A DNA stretch of 64,000 nt, from positions 16,358,213-16,422,212 of the forward strand of contig OZ234493.1 in the NCBI GenBank assembly GCA_965153455.1. Direction: 5' to 3'. Source of the DNA: Sphagnum compactum. Lineage: Eukaryota. Position 1 is the first letter of the stretch. Every line of letters starts with the position of its first letter. The notes under the pieces are model-generated. The model searched no databases. It saw nothing but the letters and a program-made list of their open reading frames with translations, and was not told the DNA's origin. A program made the position numbers and the translations under genes. Shown here piece by piece: positions 52,786-64,000 of the stretch.

Positions 52786-52958
52786 CTGTATGCAGTCTCT
52801 GGGAAGCAGAAAGGAGGTTTCTCGGTGGCAGGCCACAATCTCTCTTGCAGCATTGTGGAATTCCTGATGCTTACCATGGAGATGGGGCTAAGATGACCAT
52901 TGAGTGGATTCTCTTCAACACCTCTGATCCACATCCCTTCTACAACTTCCACTGCTAG
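52786..52958 (+). pseudogene. Orphan terminal-exon-like coding fragment of unknown identity
   Basis: Acceptor TGTTTTCTCCAG ends at 52785 and is followed by the open frame VCSLWEAERRFLGGRPQSLLQHCGIPDAYHGDGAKMTIEWILFNTSDPHPFYNFHC*; family not recognised. Confidence 0.3.
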
Positions 52959-53519
52959 TGGATTCAGGAGCAGTATTGCTAAGAAACCTTTTTAGGAGCT
53001 TTTATTCTGCTGATCACTATTTTCTATCTGTATTCACTTCTTTGCAAGCCATACGCGTGTTGTGAGCACAAAACAGCTGGTATGTCTCAAGCTTGCCTTA
53101 CAATTTGTGTGTATAAGCTATAGATCTCTTGCATACCAATGGGACTGACTTCAAAGTTCAAATGGATCATTGTTGCTCTAAACTTGCGTTTCTTTATTTT
53201 TCTGATCCTCTTTTCTGGTTTGGTTTTTCTCTTTTTCTTCTCTTTTTTGTTCCTCTTTCTTCTTGGTTTTTGTGGTCTTCTCCTTCTTTTTCAGGTTTTG
53301 TGGTGCTAAACAGCATCATTGCTAACTCTTTCCCACTACTGCCACTCTTGTGACAGAAACTCAGTACAGTAGTTATGTATGACATTGACCTCCACCTACT
53401 GTCAGGAGCTGGTGAAGTCTGGGCAAGTTATGCTAGCTAATCACTACCATCTATCTTGCTGTGGAAGGTCTCTGAACGTGGGTATAACTGTTGCTGTTTT
53501 TCAATACACTCCTCAGTTT

Positions 53520-53730
53520 TTCGTTTCATTTCATATGTTTTGTTGTTTGTTTGTTTTGTTCTTCTGTTCTTTAGGGTTGGGTTTCCTTTTTTCCCATTTC
53601 ATATGTTCTGTTATTTGTTTGTTTTCTCTTTTGTGTTCTTTAGGGTTTAGTTTCCTCTGTTTTCATTTTCATATGTTTTGTTGTTTGTGTATTCTGTGTT
53701 TTCTCTTCTTTAGGGGCTTGTTTCATGTTT
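53520..53730. repeat. T-rich degenerate ~70-bp repeat x3
   Basis: TTTCATATGTT(T/C)TGTT..TTTG...TTCTTTAGGG recurs three times. Confidence 0.7.
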
Positions 53731-56700
53731 TTTCAAGTTTGCGGGTTATGTGTCAGATCTGAAAGAAACTGGGTACATTAGCTATGCATAACCTTATTAT
53801 CTAGTCATCTCTCTATTTTAAATAAGTTGACTTAAATCACAGGTATGGAGAAGCTCTCAGTATTTCTGAAGATGTTTGTTTCCACTACCATGGCCATATA
53901 TCATAACTGGATTGACCTCAAGTGGTTGCATTCTCAAATGCATTTTCTTTGCTTTCCATTTATTTCCCTTGCTACTATTTCAAGTATAACACTCCCTGCC
54001 AATTTTTAATTCCAGTGATGAGAATTTCAAGGAACTGGTATATGGGTGATTTTCTATAATCTTCTGTAGCTTCCTTACTAATTTTGCATAATCCTTTGTA
54101 TTTTTGTCCCTGGACAATTCCAGAAACATTTTCAAGTATAACTAGCTCATTTCCAAATGGAACTACCTCACTCCTTTTCTAATAACTATCTCTCATAACT
54201 AACATGGATATGGGAAGACAAATTAAATTTGACATTGACATAAATAATGATGTATTATTGATAATCATATCAAAACATAATAAGAAGGAAAATTGTCATT
54301 GGTAGTGTGTAGGAACACGGAGCCCAAATATCATTTGTGGTAAAGGATTATTTGTTTGGGAGTATTATCTTAATGGTTTATAGCTTTTGGTATGTTACAT
54401 CGCCCAATTATTTAATTACAAATATTTAGAATACCCCACAATTTGTTGGAATCAATCAACTAAAATGATTTCTAGATCTCCATTTCATTTTTAAATAAAT
54501 AATTTGGTTCAAACTTCGAAAACAAATTTTGATTAAGTTGGGGGATTAAACTAGTTTGTTTGAAAGATGAAAGAGGTAAGTACAAAACAATACTATTTGA
54601 AACATTTACCTTGGTTTGATATTAGTCATCCAATTTTGTAATGGTCACAAAAGACCAATAATTTGTTTAACATATTTGTCCCTTCTAAACCCTCAATTTT
54701 TTTTCTTTTTGTGCATATCATTATTATAACTTAAACCATCATAAATCCTTCCAATTATAATATCCATCAAATTTATTTTATTTTACTTATGATAAGAAAC
54801 TTATATTTAGGACAAAACAATATGCCAAGGCCCATGTTAATTTATAAATTTTAACTAATATAAACATTATCCTTCATTTAATCCAATACTTTTATAATTT
54901 TTACCTTGCAAACATAAATAGGACCATGTGTTTGGTCTCCCATAATCATCTAATACACACTTTGTGTTCCCCAAGGTACTATGCTTTCTTGTAACATAAA
55001 TTCTATTTGTTGTTCAATTTACAATTGCATTTTTTTTATTCATCAATTCAAAATAATTTAACTAATTCAAGCATTTGGGACTCAATTTCACCATTCAAGT
55101 GCTTGTTGGCATGTTGGATGTTACCTTGAGTACTTCAAGGTTTATTGTCAATCAATTATTGACCATGTGAGAACTAAATGGACAAATCTTCAAGGAGGAA
55201 ATGAGGTTTGCATTCTTCCTATTGTGACAATCCAAAAATATTGTTAACCACTTACCAAATATGCATTCAACCACATTTAGTTGACAAATTAATTTGTTTC
55301 CTTTTGACAAATAGTTGATTCTCATTCAAAGATAAACCCCATCCTTGTAAGTTACAGATTCTGTTATTATTATATATCTTAAATTACATAACTATTGATT
55401 AAGATTTTATTTCTTTAATGTTTAGTAAAAAAATTACAATTTAAAGAAAAAAATAAAATGATATCAATGTTGCAACCCTTATCTTGCGCTCACAACCACC
55501 TCCTAACAATAATAAGATATGTTCTTGGGATAAAGCTAAGTTGAAGGCTTGATAATGAACTACATAAGTGCAAGTTAGAGACATGTGAACCAAGGAGAAT
55601 GCAACACCCACCAAGACAAAGTGGAGGCATTTGGAGTCAAGGGGACTTTCAGAGTTCCCATGTGAATTTCCCCTTGTAGAATTGGAATTCCTTAAAAATA
55701 TCAAATGTTCAAAATAAGGTTTAAAGAATCAAACTTTATCCAAATTGAATGATTTTCATATCATTGGTAACGTCTCAAGAAAATTTATAAGGTAGTAGTG
55801 GACCTTTTCCTTTAAAAGCTATGAAAGTTTGAAAAGTCAAAACACAATTTAGATTTGATCATTAAAATGTCCATATGGAAGGGCAAATGTTGATTAACAT
55901 GAAGATTGGAAGCTATTGATGAGAGTTACAAGATGGAGTAATTGCATATTTAATTTAGTTAACTAAAAGGAATTGCAATTCTCCAAAGTTAGTCTCCCAA
56001 TTTCAAGGATGAGAATTGGAAATCTCATGAATTTCAACCATTTCAATGTAGTCCATGTGAGGAGTTATAAATACAATGGAGGGGAAATAACATGTCTTGT
56101 AGTGATGAAGTATGCATGAACTTGTGATGAGTCAATGGCCCATTTTTCGTTATAACATCACATAATGTTATTTTAGTTTGTTTAATTGAAGTGAATGAAA
56201 AAATGTCTCTTGTTCTAATCATTTTGAAGACAATTGATAAGAGTTTTTAAATGTACCTTAGGTTCCAAATTCCAATACTACATGATTGAAATTTACCATC
56301 GATACCACTTAACAAGCTAAATGGTGCATCAATCACAAAAAACCAATATTAACCATTGGGGACTAAACTTCAATAACCAATAAAAATCAAATGAATATTG
56401 TTCTAAAGGTTTGATTCTTTATTTTTACTTCTTGGTAATTCCATAAAGATGAACCATATAAAAACTTTAAGAGGAATATATAACCTTGTGACACCAATTA
56501 TATTGAAAATCATTTGTTCAATTCACCAATTATAAGGTTTAGATGGGAAGGCCATTGTTTTAGCCCAAATAGTATCACACAAAAGTTAACAGACATTGAA
56601 GTTAATTCAACACCTTCCAAAACACCTTGAAAGATTTGCAAATTCCACTTATGATGAGACAAGATTAATGTCATCCCTTGTGGAAATCATCATTTCAAGG

Positions 56701-59005
56701 GGAAATAATGTCATACAAGACATCAAATGACACCAACATAGATTGTGGAACATTCACAAAATCTTTAAAACAATTGTATAGGGTATAAAATAATTCATAT
56801 GATATGTAATTCATGTAGTTTAATCATCATTCATGGATGCAAACATTCATTTGTCAACTTCATGCATGAAATTCAACCATCCTCAATAATGGATGAATTT
56901 TGACCACCATTATCCATTTTTGTCCATAATGGTTATTCTAGAAATTGTTTAATATCATTACTTGGACAATGAACCTTATGCATGGCTTAATGAAATTTTC
57001 ATGGCTGAATCCCCTATACAACTATAAAAATATGTAAGAAAATAAAACGGAATGGTTGTTAGACTTTTGAAACCTCATGATTGCATCATGAACAAGGAAT
57101 GAAAAATGGAAATCAAATATAATTACAAAACAAGATTATATACATGTTGTAATCACTACATAGTTTATCACTCAAAGAGTAAATTAATGATGCTAGAAGC
57201 TTAGGTGAATCATGCAAACATAATATAAATCAAACAAAACAAAAACTTTTTGGAACAAAGTATGATTAACATGACAATGAATGATCATTATGACCCATTA
57301 AGGGTTGGATTAAGGCAATGAACTTTTTTTCTGTTTTCTTCTCAGGGCTTCCATTTATGTCATAGAATATTAATTGCAGTAGGAGCTTGGATGCAAATGT
57401 TTGTTGGATATTTTGTAACGACTTGGCTTAATTTAATTACATTAAAACTGGGTAGGAGTTACCAAACAAATTTTCCCTCCAACCTCATGAGAGGGAATTT
57501 CATGCCTCCCGTTGGGACCATTGTTTTCCATTCCTTCTTGTACGAGATTTTATTTCTCAATTTTTTCTTGTGATGTTTTTCTTTTTCATTGCACTCGTGC
57601 TTTAGTCTTTACAATGTGTAAAGCCCATATAGACTAGGGCTTCAGGAAATTTCAAGGCTCCCTCACCTCCCACCTCCCTTATTTTCATAAAACCCTGATC
57701 CTAGGGCTTTGCCTTAGACATAAATGTGACTTTCACAAATATATGTATGACAATATATATTCACATGTGGATAAACTTGGGGGTCTATTACATTTTGAGA
57801 CAATCCACCCAACAATGGAACAAATTACCAAATGACCCCAAACACTTTCTCCAAGTTCAATTGGTCCAAATTAGTGTTAGAATTTTCTTGTATTTCACTA
57901 TGTTCAAGTCAAGTTATGATGTCAAGTTTCAAGAGGTCCTCCCTTTTCCTTATTTGATATGCTTCTTGTGATAAGAGGGGGTTCAGGAACTTGATGTTAC
58001 CCTTGAGGTTTGCCTTCTTAGGTGGTTCATTTGTTCTTGGACATGGGTCCTTCCATTTTGTTCTTTGTTTTCCTTTTTTTTGGGGGGTGCTTTAGTCAAT
58101 TTATATGGTTGGCATGGTTTCATCATTGAGGGTCTCTGTATAGGAGGTTTCAAAGTTCTTGGAACCACCATTAGAACTTAATTGGAGAATCAATCTATTT
58201 TCAAAATGAAATTAGAACCTAAACTAAAGGTTGTTGCCTTGTTTAGAAAAGGTTGAGAGTCTTAAAATATGTCATAAATATACTTTTATTGAAAAAAAAA
58301 AACCTTGTCCAAACATTTTTTTAAAAATATTACATTTAATTGGTTGTAATAATTAATATTGAATAATCTTCATCTTGGAGTGTGTGCACTAGTTGAACAA
58401 ATTTATTATTTATTTTAAAAAAATTTAATTGCATGTCAAGGAGATGGACCTTGTCTTAACTGGAACCAGTTCCAATATTTTTGAGAAAAACATCTGAATC
58501 CAAAAAGAAAAAAAAAATTTAATGAAGTAAATCTCAAAACCAATGGACAGAAGAAGGTTCCATAAAAACAAAAAAAAAAAAAATTAGAGCCGAGATTGAA
58601 GGTTCCTTTTGAAATCAAAGAACTGGACAACACTGGTCCAAATGGGCTGTCACCAAAGAAGACAAAAACATTGTCTGTGAGCTCAGAGGGGTTGTTGGCC
58701 ACCTCTCTCTCTCCACTGGGACCCATTGCAGACCTTCTTCTTCCCTAGTCCCATTGTTGTGAGCCTCTCACTTATGTGGCCAGCACACCATTGGACATTA
58801 GCTCAAGAGCTCCCATTCCATTTGAAGGGACCATTGCATTCAACATGGTGCCTACTCCTTACTAAGAGAGGGGTCTTTTACCCAACTGAAGTAGATGTAA
58901 GATCCTTCTTACTTTTCAGGAGTAGGCGTAGGAATGCTTCAGCTCCTACACATGGTTAGGCTCCTTCTGTTTAGGAGGTTAACCTTCTCCTCATACTTTA
59001 CCTCG

Positions 59006-59087
59006 GGTAAAGCCCATCCATGTCCATGGGCACGCACATTCCCCAAAATGCACAAGTTGGGAATGTGCCCACCCTGGGGGCTTTACC
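59006..59087. repeat. ~82-nt foldback/hairpin (possible MITE remnant)
   Basis: Outer arms GGTAAAGCCC and GGGCTTTACC, inner arms GCACATTCCC and GGGAATGTGC. Confidence 0.7.
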
Positions 59088-59260
59088 TTACACTTTGATT
59101 AATTTTCTCGCGACTGATGTGTTACATGTGGTTGATGCAGTTGATTAATGAAAAAAGTTACATGTCATAGGGGCGACTCTTTTGGCACCTAAACTCTTTG
59201 CACAAAGTGGGTAGTCTTTTGATAAAACCAAGCATTTCCTTTCATTTTTCCTCTCATTTC

Positions 59261-59517
59261 TTGTTGTAACAATTTATGGCAATAGTTTGTTGTTGTAACA
59301 ATTTATGGCAATAGTTTCTTTTTGTAACAATTTATGGCAATAGTTTGTTGTTGTAACAATTTATGGCAATAGTTTCTTTTTGTAACCATTTATGGCAATA
59401 GTTTGTTGTTGTAATAATTTATGGCAATAGTTTCTTTTTGTAACAATTTATGGCAATAGTTTGTTGTTGTAATAATTTATGGCACTATTTTCTTTTTGCA
59501 ACAATTTATGGGCAATA
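59261..59517. repeat. 29-bp minisatellite x9 with alternating A/B variants (58-bp higher-order unit)
   Basis: TGTAACAATTTATGGCAATAGTTT followed alternately by GTTGT or CTTTT. Confidence 0.95.
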
Positions 59518-60622
59518 ACATTTGTGTAAGTTTTACATCATGTACCATATATATATCACTGTTAGTTGTGTCCATTGTAGCTGTCTGTGTGATAGTTTAG
59601 TGCTTAACTCAGTTAAGCAGTCCCACCTAGCATTAGCATAAATTCACACAGAGCTTTTGGGCCCATTACACAGCCTGAAAAGCGGCTATTAAAAAGCCTG
59701 AAAAGGTGCCCGAAAATACACTCAAAAAAAATCAGGAAACACACAAATTACAACAATACACAAGTGTTCTGACTCCTGACTCCTGACCCGTGTTGGGCGG
59801 GTATTTGATTATCTTAGTAGTCGCCAGTTCCCTCGCTGTATTTGCTAATCATAGATCCTCCGGTTCCAATTCTGGGGAGAAGATCGGAACATAAGACCCG
59901 CCGGTCTAAACCCCCCCCTTCCCTCAAAGAACCGGAATTTTCCATGTTAGAACAGACAGTGAGGAACCGGCGATTATTTGAAAATGTCAAAGTCCTCAAG
60001 ATCCATGGTTTACCTTAGGCAGCTTCCACACTACTTATATAACTTTAAAAAATGTTGAAAAATTCCCCGAATTTTTTTTCAAAGGACAAAATTTTGACAA
60101 GGAAAATCGTGAATCTTCGGGAATATTGTATTTGTTGAAATGCAATTCTCAAAATTATATCATTCACTCTACAGACATGCGTCGAAGTTGCCAAGGTAAA
60201 CTGCAGCTGCATATCAGGAAAATATACCCGTCGGTTCTCTTTTCCTGCCGATATGATACCCGCCCAGTACTGGTCCCGAGAGTCCTGACTCCTGACAACC
60301 TTCGGCGCTCGAAACTTGTGTTTTTCAACGACGTTTTTCTTCAACGCTTCTTGTGGGTTTCTTCTGCGCTTGCGTTTTTGTTTTGTGGGTTCCTTGTTTC
60401 TTCTTCGTCGCCGGCGTCAACTTTCTGCATGGCCGTCGAACGTGAGCGCGGGTAACACACGTTGTAGCGGACAAGCATAAGCGTGAAGAAAGAATCGTTT
60501 GTTTTGTGAAAACAAACGATTGCCGGGTTTGCTAGTGAAAACCCGTTGGGGTGATCGATATTCAAACAAGCGGAATTTCAGCGCGAGTGTGTAAACAACA
60601 ACCTCAGACTTTCCTTTGAAGG

Positions 60623-61941
60623 GTTAGTTCTGTTTTTCTCTTCTTCTTCTTATTCCTTCAGCTGAGCATCCTCGAACTTTTGCATATTCCTGTTTCGATT
60701 TTATTTTTTTGGGCCCCCTCACTCCCCTTCCTGTTCCAACTTTCGGGACTATTTCTGTTTTGGAAAGTATTTTTAAGGGTTTTTTTAGGGTTCGGGAAGG
60801 GCTTTGGGAGTTTTAGCATTCTCACTCGGGTGTGTTCCTGAGCTCAGCTGCGGCATCACAATCCTTAGACATAGAGTTTAGGCTTTTTCAAACCGATTAG
60901 TCTCTTGAGAAGTACTTTGGGCCGGGATTCTTCATGTCCCACTTCTTCATTCTGCCGCAGTGGCGGCGTTGCTTCAGACCAGAAGAATAGCCATAGACAA
61001 ACCCTGTGACCTTTCCAAGAATTTTCTTTGGACAAGAGCTCTTAAGAACCCTCAGATGTTACTCCTCAACATATGCTTTCTAGACTGTCAAGGTTAGCGT
61101 TTGACAATCTGCAGCTCTATGAAGTAACTAACTACACAGGATGGCAGAAATTCAACTGAGGACTTTGATCTTGAAGCTCAGTCCCTTGACATCTGTACTG
61201 TGTGGAAAACCCCTGATATGTACTTTTTAGGTCAAGGCTATGGTGCTTGCTACTATTAGCTTACATGCAAGCTGCACTGTAAGGTACAAAAGAAGACAGA
61301 TCTCATGAGGATGGCCCAAAATTCAACAGAGAACTTTGGTCTTGAAGCTCAGTCCTGCAAAGATCTGTACTGTGTGGAAAATCATGATATGCACTATTTA
61401 GTTCAAGGCTATTGTGCTTACTACTATCAGCTTACATGCAAGCTACACTGCAGGGTAGAAAGAAGAGAGGAAGGATGTGGGTTTAGGGTAACTGATTTTG
61501 TTGCAGCAGGCTGACTTGACTATACATTTGGATCTGTTGTTTCATGGATTTATGACCTGTTGCAACTGTCCATGAATCTTGGTCCTGTTTTTGTTCAGGA
61601 AAAGGAAGAGATTTCAACATTTTCAGAACTATTTCAGTTTACAACCGCAGAAAGGATGCCAAAGGAAGCTTGCAGTTCTGGAACGTGCTGTTATCACCAT
61701 TCTTAGCAGTCTGCTTCAGAGACTTGCAAGGCACCAATATTCTTATGCTCAGAAGTGGCTCCTTGACATCCCAATTGGGGCCTCCTGTGGTGTATGTATG
61801 GGGTGTGTATTTCTCCTCCTTGTAACTTTTATTGATGGAAGAGTGGAGGACACATTCACTTTGATTTTTTCTGGCATCTGGGGATGATCGTATCTCTGCT
61901 GGAAAATGTGTAAGTATTTTATATGAAATGGTGGTTTGCAG
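60623..61941 (+). other. Predicted 5'-UTR intron of the DUF4050 gene
   Basis: Donor GTTAGT at 60623 follows a GC/CpG-rich leader exon (~60300-60622) and precedes a pyrimidine-rich tract; acceptor GTTTGCAG ends at 61941. Confidence 0.5.
61138..61466. repeat. Direct duplication of ~160-170 bp inside the predicted leader intron
   Basis: AGGATGGC..AATTCAAC..TCTTGAAGCTCAGTCC..ATCTGTACTGTGTGGAAAA..TCAAGGCTAT..AGCTTACATGCAAGCT at ~61138 and ~61308. Confidence 0.9.
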
Positions 61942-62016
61942 GTTTCAAAAAGAAGAGGTTCACATGTCTCTTATAAGAAGTTGGTGTGGTATATGTGGGG
62001 ATTGGGATGGAAATGC

Positions 62017-63719
62017 ATGAATTTGCAACAGAGCAGTGGTTGTGTCGGAGGTTTTGCCAGGCCTCCACCTATAACTGTACCTGAGAAATCTGGACCAAGG
62101 AAATACCGGGGATCCAAGCGGCGAGTACGAGGCCATAGTGCTCGCCCTCCTCGGGACTGGTGGACCACAAGCTCCAACGACATGGACAGCAATGGGATGC
62201 TCAACGCTCGTTCGTTTCAGAACTTCCCAATCGGCACCCACTCCATGCATTCCAACAATAACTCCAACAACTCCACCTTCGAAAATCATGGTCAGCCATT
62301 TTCCACCTAATGCACATTGCTGTCATTTGGGCAGAATGTAAATGGGATATTAATCAGTACCCTTAACTGACCAACCTGAATCACAAGAGGGAATGCCTGG
62401 GTGAAGAGCACTTAGTACCATTTCCTGTACCTTGACAGCAGTACTTCTTTTGAGCCAGTCAACAAAATGAAGCTTACTCTCCTCAAGCTTGTTGCAGCTT
62501 GAATGAGGAAAATGTTAACTTTTGTTATTAGCTATGCCTCTCAGCCAAAATCAAGACTGAGTTTTCCCATTGCTTCGGGAAATGCAACAGAAACTGCCAA
62601 GAAACAGAGCTTTGTATTTTTTTGCCCTAAGGTTTGAGAAGAAATTTGTATACACATGCACTGTTGGGAACTGATAGAATCAGTTGGGAGTAATTAGTGA
62701 GTCATTGCCATTTTAATGAAAGTAGTGGTCTGATACTTGTGAGTTACAAGGGCACTCATTGTTATTGTCTTTGGTTTTAGTTTGGCTAAACTGACACATT
62801 GTTTTGTCTTCAGAGTGTTTTGTGGATTTTTCTCTGCAATCTCATGAACATTCTTTTGCACTACATCACTTACATGGCTGCAGAGAGGGTTCCACACTTT
62901 GTTTGTGATGGAAGACATGTATGAGGTTGGAATTTAGCAGCTTGGGGAATTTACCAAGAGTCATGTGCATTTCCTTGTAATCTGGCCCAGAATTCTGATG
63001 TGGAAAGATTGGGGTTGAGAAGCTAATGAGGGTGGCCACATATGCAGGGTTGATGTTGTGGAATGAGCAGCGGAGGGAGTGGGTGGGAACTAGGCCTAGG
63101 CATCAACCACAAGGATCCCGTGAACCCGTAATAAGGTCAACTCTTCCCCATACTGTGTGGGATGTAAACTTGTTACAGTCCAGCATAATGGGCATAGTGT
63201 GCCTGTCTATCCATACAGTTTTGCTGCACAGCAGCTTCACATAAGCTGAAACTGTTGTCACAGAACCTGTGTGGATCAATGCATGTACACTGAACTTTTG
63301 AGACTTTACTCTTTGCATTTCACACACTCAGGAACTTGTTTAAATGCCAGATGTTGTGCATTGAGAAGTCTTCTAAGTAGGGAAAGGCTCATATCAATTA
63401 TGGAGTGGCTATGGTGATACAGTTGGAGCACAACATATGAAGATTTGCTTGGCACCAGCCGCCCATTTCCAAAGCCTGTTCGTTTACCGGTACGTGTCTG
63501 TCACTTCAACAGAAAATGCTCCTCTCCTAAGTACCTAATCTTTAGCTGGTGAGTGATATTTGCTGAGTACACTCATTGTCATACTAGCCATGGTTCAGTC
63601 TCGTTTCTTCTAGGTTTGTGAGTCTTGCACCTACCTTTGGTGATTTTCTTTGTGTGCAGGAAATGGTGGACTTTTTAGTTGATGTCTGGGAGCAAGAGGG
63701 GTTATATGAATCACGATGA
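62017..63719 (+). CDS. DUF4050-family (Gag1-like clamp) protein, coding exons 62017-62290, 63048-63135, 63423-63489, 63660-63719 (162 aa)
   Basis: Joined translation has GCVGG, DWWTTSSNDMD, FENHGLMLWNEQRREWVG, EPVISWSTTYEDLLGTSRPFPKPVRLPEMVDFLVDVWEQEGLYE. All three introns are GT..AG and phase-consistent (489 nt total). Alternative in-frame ATG at 61993. Confidence 0.92.
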
Positions 63720-64000
63720 CTGTGAGATTCTCACATGAATTCTTTGTGGTTGTCTCTTAATTCATAATCCCTTTCCTAGGGTTGGCTTGCTCACAGACAA
63801 AATGGTCACTGAAAGGGATTGTGAATGATGTGTCATTCTAGACACAGAAATGGGATGGTGGGTTTGTGAGCTGGTCTTATTTGCGTAAGTGGTGCTTCAC
63901 TGCTGTTGGGAAACAGAGGTTGCTGAATGAAACTGTTCACCTGACATCTGCTTCTTGAACTAACTTTGCATTTGCCTAGTGTACTCCCTTATGAACCAAG

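Noticed and set aside
59261..59517. CRISPR-like array of 29-bp repeats
   Set aside because: Units are head-to-tail with no unique spacers, there are no cas genes, and the context is eukaryotic.
61910..61941. GTAAGT..AG micro-intron adding an upstream coding exon to the DUF4050 gene
   Set aside because: Only 32 nt, too short for a plant spliceosomal intron.

Overview
AT-rich eukaryotic nuclear DNA from a land plant. A bryophyte such as a peat moss is my inference from the protein sequences, intron style and repeat families; it is not proven. Four apparently intact genes sit in a sea of decayed transposons: a 3-exon alpha-expansin (minus, 5364-6916), an intronless secreted S-protein-homologue (SPH/self-incompatibility S1 family) gene (minus, 39029-39478), a PAM18/TIM14 mitochondrial J-protein with an intronless CDS (plus, 51357-51695), and a 4-coding-exon DUF4050-family gene (plus, 62017-63719). 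Repeats include three Tourist-like MITEs with TWA target-site duplications, a short hAT-like MITE, a very young 367-bp Mutator derivative with a 9-bp TSD that retains a CCHC knuckle, a solo LTR nested in a pogo/Fot1-like relic, a second pogo/Fot1-like relic, a hAT transposase relic, a decayed coding region of unknown family, and many tandem, duplicated or foldback tracts. I found no rRNA, tRNA, CRISPR or prokaryotic system. The best leads are a perfect splice donor inside the PAM18 CDS with phase-compatible orphan exons downstream, the young Mutator element, the lone SPH gene, a uORF whose stop overlaps the DUF4050 start (ATGA), and the unidentified coding relic. All are hypotheses that need RNA or database checks.
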